Positions 51,211 to 63,459 are shown, numbered from the stretch's first letter. The stretch is 64,000 bases of DNA from Glycera tridactyla (GCA_965644265.1 OZ286477.1:27156001-27220000); one strand, 5' to 3'. Notes: a model not told the origin generated them from the letters alone. Numbers and translations are program-made.

Positions 51211-51974
51211 CACTCTTCTGTTGAAATATCACCATATTCACGCTTGAAATAACAGAAATTCCGATCTTCTTTGTCAGTTTCATCACGAATACTGACATTA
51301 TTCCTCTTTAGAAATGGATTCATTTCAATTTACATTGATCAGAGATCCCCATCCCTGATTCTCGGTCGAGCTGAATTGTTTATATCATGATCAATGAAAC
51401 ATATTGTGTACTTAAGGAAGTTTGATATGCATTACTTCCTCAGACAAGATATATTGTGACAATTGAATCCATGTTAACAAGGCGCTAAGTAATCTCATTC
51501 CTCTTCGTTGACATCCTGGTTATCGTGATTGTATATTGTTTGCCAGATACTATTTCACACTGAGGATCATGACACATGTTTTGTGGTATAGGGTATTTTT
51601 GTCCGACAGTATCTGCATGTTTACATCACATTCAATGTCATGTTCAACACGCATCATTCCCTGTCCCTGAGCTATTTCGGGACGCCCATGTAATAGCAAA
51701 GTTTCTTCCTCTTGGGTCCCAAACAGGAAGAGGAATGGCATAGCACGTGACATCATGTACAACGCCTGTCATTTGGTATCGCAGAGATGACAACCCTTAC
51801 GATAATTGAGTAATGCGTATTCTGTCGGAACCGAAATTTGATATTTTATGCGTGACATTATCTTCATTATCCTCCCATGATATTGATTAACCTCGCTCAC
51901 TTCTCACGAGCATTTTATGCAATGCGTTTCCCAGAACATCCTATTCCTCCTATTTGTTCATCCCCAAAACTGTG

Positions 51975-52141
51975 GAGATGATGCCAACCATTGCGAATTC
52001 GGAGTATTGATTACTCTTTTCAGATGGATATTACATTTTACCTATGACATCATTCCAATACTTTCAACTTTTCTTATATATCCATTGCAAATACTGCCCT
52101 CATTACTTCTAAGTATGCATCATCGAAGGTTGGCTTCCCTA
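51975..52141 (+). mobile_element. MITE family A copy
   Basis: GATGATGCCAACCATTGCGAATTCGGAGTATTGATTACTC...TCCATTGCAAATACT...GGTTGGCTTCCCT. Confidence 0.65.
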
Positions 52142-52699
52142 TCATCATAAGTCTTTAAGAACGCCATGATTACTGACTTTGGTCATCAACTTTCGAAATT
52201 CATGATAGCGTGTTGATGGGACATGATGATACAACATCGTCGAATTTCTAAACAAGAATATACCCTCTTGAAGAGATCTTGTTATGTTCAAAATGCTGAT
52301 GAGAAACAAATAGTTCTTGGACGCTTGGTGGAAGCTGTCATCATCAACAGCCCTAATCACCAAAATGGCGGCCTCCAGTTGAGCCGAATATGAGGCATCT
52401 CTCAGATCTAAGACGCATTGACCCATCGGTCGACCCGGCATTCTCTTCAGAAAGCAAGATGGCATACGTTGTCCACTGATGCACTTAATAAGGCTCAAGT
52501 GTGGTGGCGCAACGTCGCTGCTCGCTTGCCATCTATCTCATTCGACCAGAGTGTTGAATACACAAGTAGCGCTGAAGACATCTATAACGGCTACCTTCTA
52601 TCCCGCGCCTCACCTGTGGGGATATCCGCCCAATGCATTATTTATTGGAACGGATTAATGACAAACGAGCTCCGATGGCCACCAGCATCACTGCCACTT

Positions 52700-53240
52700 G
52701 GTGGCCATTTCAATCTTAAGCAGCCAGTNNNNNNNNNNNNNNNNNNNNNNNNNNNNNNNNNNNNNNNNNNNNNNNNNNNNNNNNNNNNNNNNNNNNNNNN
52801 NNNNNNNNNNNNNNNNNNNNNNNNNNNNNNNNNNNNNNNNNNNNNNNNNNNNNNNNNNNNNNNNNNNNNNNNNNNNNNNNNNNNNNNNNNNNNNNNNNNN
52901 NNNNNNNNNNNNNNNNNNNNNNNNNNNNNNNNNNNNNNNNNNNNNNNATGCAAATACATCTCTCCTCTATTCTGCCAATTATTTTGCCCGAAATCTATTC
53001 CAAGGTTGCATCTTAGAAGGGGAGAATGAATCAATACGCACATGTTTGTTGTTCTTGGCCCCTGCTCGAGATAATGGTGGGTCAAATCCCCAGTTCCGTT
53101 TGTATTTACCTACTATTTCCAGTACATTGACCCCCTGGAAATTCATACTGGCCCTTGCTCATCAAGCAAATGGTCCAATTTACCCCTCATTTCGAATTTC
53201 TTGATACATCCCTGCCATTTCAATCTTAAGCAGCCAGTCC
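52700..53240 (+). repeat. Direct repeat on both sides of the gap at 52729-52947
   Basis: GCCATTTCAATCTTAAGCAGCCAGT at about 52704-52728 and 53214-53238. CTATT.TGCCAATT at about 52976 and 53313. Confidence 0.75.
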
Positions 53241-53454
53241 AAGGCTCCAGGTTGGTATGAGAGTGAGAGGGGAAGGGGATGGTCATCGACCCATGCCACA
53301 CCATCTCGGCCCTATTTTGCCAATTGTCTTGTTCCAAAACTAAAATATCGGAGAGTGACAGTTCTACCGGGGGAGTGACATCTTGGTTACACTCTCTGAT
53401 TTTGCACCAGGCATGTACACTGCTTTCCTATTTCGGGTCATACACGAACTCTAA

Positions 53455-53630
53455 TGTCCGATATCGTGACATGCATGCACACTGCTTCCCAATATCGTGA
53501 CATACATGTACATCGATTTCGAACTTCGTGACATATATATTCACATTTCTTTCCCATTTCGTGACATACATGCCCATTGCTTCCCCAATTCATGTCGGGC
53601 ACTGCACTACTTTCCCATTTCGTGACATGT
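53455..53630 (+). repeat. About 32-bp degenerate minisatellite
   Basis: TCGTGACAT recurs about 5 times, with TTCCCA(A/T)T(A/T) preceding it. Confidence 0.8.
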
Positions 53631-54649
53631 GAACTGCTGAATCAAGTCACGAATATGTCACTGTCGGTTCAAACGCTGATGTTCCTTATCACATCACGTG
53701 GTACCACTTGAGTCGTCACCTCAATGGGCCCATCTAGTGATAAGCCCGACCTTGATCTAGATATATTCATCTAAGTGGGATGGCAATCTAGTCAAGAAGT
53801 CACGTTGAGCAAGGGAGATTCTTCCCCATGTTCACTCCATAACCACCTAGTTGGAGGTCTGTTCAAGCATTGCTAATGGTTATAATTGCAATAATGACCG
53901 CAAAAGAAGATGGTTTCTTCATAGATAGGGCATGAAATTAGATTTTGTCTTCCTAGCTCATAACCTATGTGGATGTTTGACTTGAATATACGATATGAAT
54001 TTCCCGAAAATTCTCGGAAGACAGATGAAACATTCAAACCATGGCCTCCATGTATCCGTTGATGCGTATCTTGATGTTGATGTCATCGATTACTTCTCAT
54101 TGATTCGCATATATGTCGATTATTAGGATTCCCATCTTTTGATATAACATGGTGGAATTCCATGCATAAGCTGACTAGAATAAAACCTTTCAGTTCATGG
54201 CGAGCACTATTATCCTAATAAATGTGAATCAATTCTGTGTTCATCGAAAGTTGGAATCACTACCATATTCTCACTTCTTCACAGAATCATCACTCGTTCA
54301 TCCACCTAGTATTCACACTCCAAATTTGCATATGATTTGTATGCATATTCATCAGGCCTGAGGATTACCAAATTCGGATTTTTGCATAATAATCAAATCT
54401 CATGCATCTGCGAACACATGACTGTGACAAAAAACCGACAGATGCGTTGATTACTTTCACAGTTGAGGCAGTCATTTGGGTCGATGTTGTGTGCACAAAA
54501 TGACTATGCAGTCGGCAGTTGTCATTACAGTCATCACAGTCATCTGAGTTGATGGGACTAGTTCATTACAGTAGCCATAGTTACGACTGCTGACTATTTT
54601 GCCGCCGAATATGACGGTAGGTCACGCGAGTTTATTCCATAAGAGCCAC

Positions 54650-55320
54650 TCGAAGTAATGATTACCCTTATTGAGCTAATACCTCAGCATGTCATACATG
54701 ATATTAGTCCAAGCAATTCAGGTTACCACAGATGCCAAACATTGCGATTCCCAAGTAATGATTATTGAGCTGATACCTAAGCATGTCATACGTGATATTA
54801 CTCCAAGCAATGCAGGTTTCCGCGGATGCCAAACATTGCGATTTCGAAGTAATGATTACTCTTATCGATCCAATACTTCAGCATTTCATGCTTAATCTCA
54901 CTTCACGCAATGCAGGTTTCCACAGATGTCAAGCATTGCGATTTCGAAGTAATGATTACTCTTATCGAGCCAATACCTCGGCATGTCATGCATAATATTA
55001 CTTCAAGCAATGTAGGTTTCCACAGAGGCCAAATATTGCGATTTTGGTGTGATGATTACTTTTGAACTAACATTGGAATTTCGGCTATCTGCGGTCATAG
55101 TAGCCATTAGTTAGCAGTTTTCTTTTTTTTTCTTGCTCCCCGAAATCTTGGTGGAAAGCGTCCCCTGACTGGTTTTCAGGGTTTCGGATTATGAGCCAAT
55201 CACGTCTCTGTTACTCTTATTGGACCAATACCTCAACATCTCATGCATAACATTACGCTAAGTTATGCAGGTTTTCCTAGATGCAAACCATTACGATGTT
55301 TGAGTAATTATTACTCGAAA
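54650..55320 (+). repeat. About 100-bp minisatellite containing the MITE family A left end
   Basis: (G)AAGTAATGATTA at 54652, 54753, 54846, 54946 and about 55046, plus a displaced unit at 55210-55320. The unit contains CAGATGCCAAACATTGCGATTTCGAAGTAATGATTACTC. Confidence 0.9.
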
Positions 55321-55398
55321 TCATTGGTTAGTTTCTCGTGATTTCTGACTATAATTATTATCTCCTCGCCAACATTTTTTGCACAGCATATTCCTCAT

Positions 55399-55550
55399 CA
55401 GAGATGCCGGTCACTACGATTCTGGAGTAGCAATTACTCATTTTAGGTCAAGGCTCTTGCCTTGTATGGTCGATGCTACTTCATAGAGAACTTTCCTCAT
55501 TACTCCATTGCAAATACTCGCACTACTACTATTTGGAATCGGCATTCTTC
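55399..55550 (+). mobile_element. MITE family A copy
   Basis: CAGAGATGCCGGTCACTACGATTCTGGAGTAGCAATTACTC...CTCCATTGCAAATACTC...TCGGCATTCT. Confidence 0.6.
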
Positions 55551-56357
55551 CAAACGTTTACATCCATATAATACAGGCATTGTTTGTTTGATCATCGAGC
55601 AATTTCCCAATATCACCTTCATATTTCCAGTAAATCACCTCAGATCCGAAATACAAATTTCATTGTGCATTTCTGAGAGCAGGTGAATAGCGTGACACTA
55701 AGGCGGGTATAGAAATATATGGAAAAGGTTTTAATCGAATTATCCGGACATGAATCTCAGTTTTATGAAGTAATAAAGAAAGTGAATGAATAGGATGGAA
55801 TTTCAGCTTGAATTGAACTATTTGAAAAAGATTGTGATTGTTTGAAAATTTGAAATCACATCAATCGAAGCATTCCGGATTGGTTGACCAATTTCAAAGT
55901 ATCGAGGGTCAAGAGGTCGAAAAGTTACGTAAGTATTCTGTAAGGGTCACGAACCAGGTCTGGCCAATGGCGATTGGTTGAAGGAAATGCCCTATGAGAT
56001 TGAGGTTTGAGGGGAGAAGTGATTGAGAGAGGGGGTGTGGAGAGAGGGACTCGGCCTTTTTGAATGGGTGACGTAACACAAAGAGCGGTCGGGAAGCATT
56101 CAGCCAACCACTTCACTTTATTGACTCTAATTAAGCCAAAGCCAGCCTCCTTTGATGGCCCTGATGCCCCTGATGCAAGGATGGCATCATTCCAGATGAG
56201 GAACCGTCGTCCATTTCAGTTTTACCATCATTAGTCTGGGGGGTCGGCAGTCACTATTTGCATATGAATGTGCCCACAAAAAGCTTCAAGACTCGCGCAG
56301 ACCCCTCCCTGGTGGTAGAAATACAATACTGGGCCGGGAATAAATCAAGCGCGAAGG

Positions 56358-56370
56358 TGAACTTTGACCC
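56358..56370 (-). promoter_or_regulatory. Nuclear-receptor DR1 element
   Basis: The minus strand reads GGGTCA-A-AGTTCA, a DR1 of the HNF4/COUP-TF/RXR type. A further AGGTCA lies at about 56377. Confidence 0.4.
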
Positions 56371-56599
56371 CCATCTAGGTCAGCTGCTCCTCCGACCGTT
56401 GATATGGGAGTGGGTCGTTTACCGACAAGCCAGGCCTTCCCTATTCATTTATCGGTATCGATTGCCGTGAAAGGATTGATTTCGGGCCAGTTCGATGGCG
56501 GATGTGTACTTTTCGAGGAATATTCGACGTTTCTTCGTTGGAAATTCCTACTGAATGGCGCTCGGTGTACTTGTGGTACTGGTGTGACCCAGTTCTGAG

Positions 56600-56744
56600 G
56601 ATTGGCCGAGCACGTGCGTTGCGCCATGACCTTATTCGGGACTTCAATCTGTAGACATTATTCATCGAACAGCTGATTCTTCAATCTCGAACAAACGAAG
56701 CGATATCTGACACAAATCAGCCAGGATTTCAACGAAATGTAAGT
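56600..56744 (+). promoter_or_regulatory. Candidate promoter and first (non-coding) exon
   Basis: ATTGG (56601) and CACGTG (56611), followed about 120 nt later by the consensus donor AAT|GTAAGT (56739-56744). Confidence 0.35.
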
Positions 56745-57339
56745 ATTGAGTATATTACGCCAAACATGTGTCCAATATGTCTGTGATTCAGCCAATACTG
56801 CAACTCAAAAGTTGGCTTCTGAAAGAAATATCGTTGCCCGGCAAACATAGCTTTGGTTTTGTTTTGCTTTCCCTTGTTCGTTCAAGAACGCTTTCCAGCA
56901 TGATATTACTTCCCAGATCAGTCAAAACATAATTACCAAATAGATATATTTCAGTGAAATATTCAGAAGTGTTATGGCGAAAGTTCCACTTTCCTCTCCA
57001 TTCATTATACCATATAGCATTCAAAATCACCCCTGGATATCGCATTTTTTGTCGAAAGCAGGTTCGGCATTTTTCTTGATGAATAGTGAGTGAAGAGAAT
57101 CATCTCAAAACTTGCAAAATTTATGAATCGCGATCGGGTATTATGGATTATTTATTTGTGTTTTCGTGTGAGCGAATCAATCAGCCAAAGCTGAGTGTTC
57201 GGTTGAGCTAACTTTAGAGCACGACGACTGCTTCAGCTTTGGGGTTGATGCTTGCTTGGGGGAGGTTAGTGGGTGTGGGTACAATTTGGTGTGAGAAACA
57301 AGAGATACATTTCGTCCATGTGGAGGAATCCGAAGTGAG

Positions 57340-57940
57340 GTCATTCATATTCGCAGTATTATGGCAGCAACAAAGCGTTGGAATATCTTGACAGCGACGC
57401 TGAGGAGTCGCCGCCATATTGGAATGGCGTGTTTGTGTATTCAGCGTGTGCAACGTCATCAAGCCAAGATGGCCGCCGCTAACGCTGGAGAGAGCGAGGT
57501 CCACATATCCAGCGGCAGACAAAATACACTCGCAGTGTATGCAAGCTTGGGACGTAAACGGTTAGCCTTGACCGGAGCCAACCCCGCAATCTTCCTTCTG
57601 CCTTCATTCCTTGCAGCCAATCTCCTGAGCAAACCCCTTTAGAAGGCCGCAGCGTACGTGACTGCCATGCCGAACTGCTCCGACCTTTCACTGTCCAACC
57701 GGCCGGATATACTGCCATCAATCACCGCCGACTCTCGCATCCTTAATGCATGCTGATCCGAAAGAAAAACGTCTCCTTACTTCACCCTAGCCTCAACTGG
57801 CTCACCGCCCCATGTCCCTTCCGCAGCTAAAACGCTCCGGAAATTCGATATCGCCGCTAGATTGAAAACATTTACCTCTGAAATGGCCAGTAGTTAGATA
57901 AATTGGCTCCAAGTTCGATCGCGCTTAACGTAGTTGAAGT
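57340..57940. promoter_or_regulatory. CpG-rich segment with divergent YY1-type motifs
   Basis: CGCCGCCATATTGG (57409-57422) and CAAGATGGCCGCC (57465-57477) face opposite ways. Minus-strand donor-like sites lie at about 57805 and 57780. Confidence 0.45.
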
Positions 57941-58307
57941 GAGGTTTGCTGACAAACATTTGTCAGTCATTGGCCCCTAAAAATATAGGTCACCCCAAAA
58001 AAGAGGTAGCAGTCTATTCCAAGTCTGTATTGTTTCGAATTTGAAAAAAAGATTACTGAAATTGTATTTTTTTTTAAATTTGCTAATAGAGTCATCCGTC
58101 ATGAAACGCGAATACACATATGAGCTTGCCATTATTATGTTATGCCCCGTCCCTCTTTACCCTAAAGCTTGGACTTTTGTGAAAGTGAATTAAAAATCTC
58201 AGGAATGTATTCAGATCATCATGCTGAGTGACATACCGGCACATCCATTCATCATGTGCTCATTCAGCACTGACTCCGATTTGGAGTAAAATTAACGAAT
58301 TCTGAAG

Positions 58308-58706
58308 ACTTGACACATTCATTTCATGTTGTATACAATTGACACAAGAAGTGCCTAAACGGTATATATGTCTGGGCTGTATAAAGTTGACACAAGAGCT
58401 GCCTCTGATGTATGTCTTCGAATCAAGAACCATCTTTGATGATATGCTTGACACAGGAACTGTCGATGCTGTACATACGTGATGCCGGAGCTGCTTATGC
58501 ATCACTTATTCGATATGTATATACCGAAAATACTTGACATCAGCCTTGTCTATCATATACAATCATGACGCAAAAGCTGTCTATAATTGGTATATTTGAC
58601 ACAGATTCTGCTGAATATATTCCACTCAAGAAGTGTCGTGTACATACTTGACACAAAAGCTATCAATGTTGTACATATTTGTCCATGCTGTGTACGGTTG
58701 ACACAG
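58308..58706 (+). repeat. Degenerate repeat with a conserved TTGACACA core
   Basis: TTGACACA at 58310, 58339, 58387, 58448, 58596, 58648 and 58698, and TTGACAT at 58534. Confidence 0.8.
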
Positions 58707-59651
58707 GACCTGCTTTCGTTGATTCGGAATGTAGCAATGACGACGAATTGCATGGTCCAAAAAGGCATCTTGTGTGATATGTGTCATTAAAATTTATCAC
58801 TTTCATCAATTGTTTATCATTTTCTCCATGAAAGCATACCCATTCTTGAGACATTTAGACCAAAATATTATGAATTTGTTCACCATCACTGCTTTATATC
58901 CGCAACTTAAGCCCAAAAAGATACAAAGCAGCCGATCGTAGCTCTATCTATAGTTGCAAGAGTCCAGCCCCGCAAACTGGGGTGACATTGCTTCTCACTA
59001 TATGGTCCCTGTCTATGACCGGGTATTCAACATTCATTCAGTGGTAGGGCCATATGAGCCGAATGTCCTGGTAAACTATGGGCATGCGTGTGAAATCACC
59101 TATGTACGAAGACCAGCTGCCTTCAACGACCACATTCAGCGGCGAATATAAAAGGAATTTTGAAGAGACCCACATCTGCAGGGGTCTCTAAGAGACAATT
59201 TGTTGTGACCGAGGGTGGTCCTCGCAGTGAGGCTCGACTGGCCCCCGATTATATAGAATATCGTTGGAGGTGCACCCCCTTAGCGGAATGCTGTAGAGAA
59301 GATTGTGGGAGGGGTGAAATGGGGTGGTCACCTGGGTGGGAGGTCCTAATGGACCAGGGTCTGTCGTCATGGCGACGTTGGAGAGTTGATATGAAGAGAT
59401 ATATGAGGGGTTCAGAAAGGTTAACTTGACCCCGGAAAAAAAATCACCACCGACAATGAAGAGATATCAAAGAGGGAAAGGTTTGATTGAGAAAAATTGA
59501 GCGCCCCGCTGCGTGCCGACCATGTAATGTTGAAGGGGTGCGGGAGGGGGTAATTCACTTAACATCCTCTCGAAATTCAATACCATTCGCTAAGATTTTC
59601 ATAGATAAACCCATAGTTGAAGAGTTCAAATTTCCTTACAGTGAAGTTGGA

Positions 59652-59652
<1 letters not shown>

Positions 59653-59708
<56 letters not shown>
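59653..59708 (+). repeat. (TA)n microsatellite
   Basis: Directly visible. Confidence 0.97.
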
Positions 59709-59711
<3 letters not shown>

Positions 59712-60287
59712 AGTAGGTGAAATTATATGCAGTGATGGAGGTAATTTAGTTTCCATGCGTGAATCCTAGAGTTGCTGGACCTGGATTCAGCCAATTCGAT
59801 ACCTATTTCTGAGAATTCTGGGATATATTCAGATAAGTCAAAATCATGGTGTTCTTGGCGAAAAAGGCACAATCCAATCCGGTTCATCCTCTTCTCAATA
59901 GTGAGGATTCAAATGCGTAATTTCAGGACTTGAAGGTCACAGAAACGCGCTGATAGAGAAGCCAACCGAATCATCTATGTGGCCATGGCTGCATTCCTTA
60001 GCCAAATTTCTAGCCAGTTTCCTAGCCAAATATTAACATATAGGCAGATGTAGCAGTATTCCATCAAAATATGATTCTCCCTCTATGTATATTGCGAATA
60101 CGATAATCGATCGAATTTGTTGATCGCCATCCTTTTTTCGTTTTTTTTTTCAGGCATGATGTCTCTGACATACATTATAAGTACTTTTTTGAAAATCCTA
60201 CTGCCACTTTTGACAGAAATTAAGCACCATGATGCTGAACCTCTGGATCAAAAATTTTGTTTCGGCACATGTAGTTTCTTCCGATTG

Positions 60288-60471
60288 CAGTGGTGCCAAG
60301 TTTCCCAAAAAAATTCGGAAATCCGAAAATTGCATGAAGAATAACAATTTCAGAAATTGCTGAAATCTGGTTGGGAGTTTCAGAACTAATACTTTTGATG
60401 ATAAGATGGGTTAGTTTCAGAAAATTTTCCAATACTTCCAAAAATTCAGCTTCAACCAATTGGCATCACTG
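60288..60471 (+). mobile_element. MITE family B copy
   Basis: CAGTGGTGCCAA...TTGGCATCACTG. Colinear with 61222-61404. Confidence 0.85.
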
Positions 60472-60831
60472 CAGTTGGCACTTGGAACAGGAAAACTTTG
60501 GAACAATATAGGTCATGTATGCGATTATCATAGGAGAGCTTTAGTGATGGCGAAAGGCGATGAGGTATCAAGTGATTTATTAGGGAGCCCTAATCCAGCG
60601 CTCCAAGATGCACCAAGCATAAGATTAAAGACGCTGTCTCTCCTGATAGATTATCCTTTTTTTCTATCTCGCCTAATCATCTTCCCTTGTGATAATGTTA
60701 TGGGTTCTTCACGAAATGTCACTGTCGTCACTCAAGGTCGAAAACAATGCCTTTGAGATCTGCGAACCTTTCCCTTGCTCGTATAGGTGTGTCTCGTACG
60801 TTACCCAGACTGTGCTTTGCATGGAAGGTTG

Positions 60832-60834
<3 letters not shown>

Positions 60835-60882
<48 letters not shown>
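60835..60882 (+). repeat. (TA)n microsatellite
   Basis: Directly visible. Confidence 0.97.
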
Positions 60883-60883
<1 letters not shown>

Positions 60884-61221
60884 GGGAAAGATTGTAGAGG
60901 ATTACTATCTACGTAGCCGATTTCCGGGGTATTATTGGTCATGCTTTGAAGATCAGATTCATAGCAAATATCTTCGTTATCTTATTCTACTTATTTTACT
61001 CATGGTCGTGAACAAAATACAACTTTATTCAACCTCGTAACGTATATATATATAAGTTATGCAATTAATCTATATTGGATTTCATCCTGCATAAACAAGG
61101 ATAACGAAGAAAATATCATACCCTTATTGCCGAGTGATTCTCATATTCGAGATGTATGAGTGGATTGAAGGGTGCATGCATGCATAAATGACTCAAAGAC
61201 TTTTATAAGGGTCTATGTATT

Positions 61222-61404
61222 CAGTGGTGCCAATTTTCCGAAAATTTTCGGAAATCCGAAAGTTGGGTGAAAAATGATAATTTCCGAAATTGCTATAATC
61301 TGCTTGGGAGTTTCAAAATATATACTTTTGATGATATGATGGGGTAGTTTCAGAAAATATTCCTATGTTTCCGAAAATTCAGCTTCATCCCATTGGCAAC
61401 ACTG
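61222..61404 (+). mobile_element. MITE family B copy
   Basis: CAGTGGTGCCAA...TTGGCAACACTG. Colinear with 60288-60471. Confidence 0.85.
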
Positions 61405-62149
61405 TTGATGGATAAATTCAGGTTCCAATTGATGGCAGGATGGAAAGATGGATGCTTGCTCTATGTGTACCTATGTATGCCAGTGGCAATTGTTCATCCT
61501 AATGAAGAGTCATTGGCATAGTATTAGGAATTTTCGACTTATTCTTACGATGACATTGCCTGGTCAAAAGCACATGCTCTCCCCGACAGGTCATTTCTCA
61601 ACCTGGCATAAATACATGCTAGTCTGACGAAATTAATGGCGAGCCATGTCAAATTTACATCACCATACCACAACAATGGCATGAAACCACCAAAACAGCG
61701 GTAAATTCAACATTAGTGTATGTTCTAGAAGAAGGAGTGAGCCGATTGGCACATCTTCATTATCTCCGACCCCTTTAATGAATGATGGTGAACCAAATCC
61801 ATCAAATTTTCATATATATATTTCAACTATATTGCACCCACTCCGGTCATCAAATTTTGGTGCTGGCCCTCGCTCGATTATCGGAAGGGCCAACTGGCCC
61901 TTGAATTCAAATTTCTGCATGCGCCTCTGCAATGCTCAGTTCCAAGTTTTATTGAAACAAATGAGCGGCTTCACTATTTTTTTCCTGGGTGAAGTTCGCC
62001 TCATCTGCAATATCAGACCCGAAGGACGGTGAATAATTAAAGACTGCCTCTAAAGAGAGATGCTCCCTCCGATGGAGAAGGACAAGAGCAAGCGCTAGTA
62101 ATCCGAGAGCCATGTAATATTAATTGACTGTTTCCTTGCTACCTTATTT

Positions 62150-62560
62150 CAGACTTATATACTATCACATATTGTAAGATATCATCGCCATATATATCAT
62201 AGAACTTACATATGATGAGGAACTATGACCATGTCTATCACAAATATCTCAAATATAGTAAGGAACTATTGGCATGTATATCATTGAACTCTTACATGTA
62301 GTGGGAAACTGTGACCATATACATCATAAGTTTACATGTAGTGGAAACTATGGCTATATGTATCACACAGAACTATCAAATATATTGCGAACCCATGACC
62401 ATATATCTATGGATCTATTGATAAATAGTGAGAAACCGTGGGCAAATATCCCGGAGATATGTCACGTGTGGACAATTTCTATAGTCATGTATCTCATAGA
62501 ATTGTAACATATAATAAGAAACCATTATACATGAAGAGATCATGGACAAGTACATGGCAT
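62150..62560 (+). repeat. Highly degenerate about 40-bp tandem repeat
   Basis: G(G/A)AACT(A/G)TG(A/G)C(C/T)AT followed by ..TATCA..ACAT recurs several times. Confidence 0.6.
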
Positions 62561-63459
62561 GAGCTGCCTGAACAATTCACGGAAATGTCAGCAATGCTTC
62601 ATATTGCACTGGTAATGAATAATGATTGAATATCTCACAGATATAACAAAGATAAGGTCAAACTTCACAATAAGAAATATGAGGGCTTCATACAGAACGG
62701 GATTTCCCATTTAGTTCCTAGTAGGTTAATGGTCCTTGCGGTGTGGAAAATGATGATACAACATACAGGATATAGCATCCGGGTAAATACACCATGTTTA
62801 TTCTCTCTTTGTACGCTGCATCAGACTTGCACCACGTTGAATTTCTATCAGTAAAAAGATCGGTCATGCGCCCCACTGAGAAAAATGATGCTATGTATAC
62901 AAATTGTATCTCCACCAATGGCGACACGATCTACGATGTCTTGCTGCTGCTGAAGATGGATCACTCTTCTAACAGAAAGTTCTCTTGTCATTAACTAACT
63001 CCAAGAGTTTTTGGTTAGACAAACATTGATGTGAGTTACAACAGTGTGGAATCTAGTTAATTTACTGATTAGTCTCCTAGGTCCAATGGGATAGAGGTTG
63101 ACATTTTAGTATAATGAACCAAGGCCTGTGTAGTAAGACAAATGGAGGGGAACGAACACAGTGGCTGACATTTGACTCTATATGATAGATAGATATGTAA
63201 AACAGGGAATTGTACTACATAAGAATAATGGCGCTGAAAATGAATCCGCTTTGTTGTTTCACAGTATGTTACATGTGATAGTACGCTGTTAACCACGTAC
63301 TTTGGTACTCGTTTACACACATATGTAATGAATAACGTGATCTCGAAAATAACAGTGTCGTGTTCATCCTTGTACAAGCAGTAGTAGTTTCGGATGGTAG
63401 TAACGACATTAATAGTTGTTATTGTTGATATGTAAAATGTATTAGTGAAATAAGTAGTG

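Noticed and set aside
54325-54355. Possible hammerhead ribozyme on the minus strand (CTGATGA followed by an ATATG...CATAT stem)
   Set aside because: The stem is followed by GCAAA rather than the invariant GAAA, and no stems I or III could be formed. Other CTGATGA sites checked also lack the core.
57806-57813. Minus-strand ATG GGG CG|GTGAG as the first exon of an MGR-starting gene such as a ribosomal protein
   Set aside because: No phase-compatible downstream exon encoding a known protein was found. The nearest strong acceptor (about 56818) stops after 9 codons.
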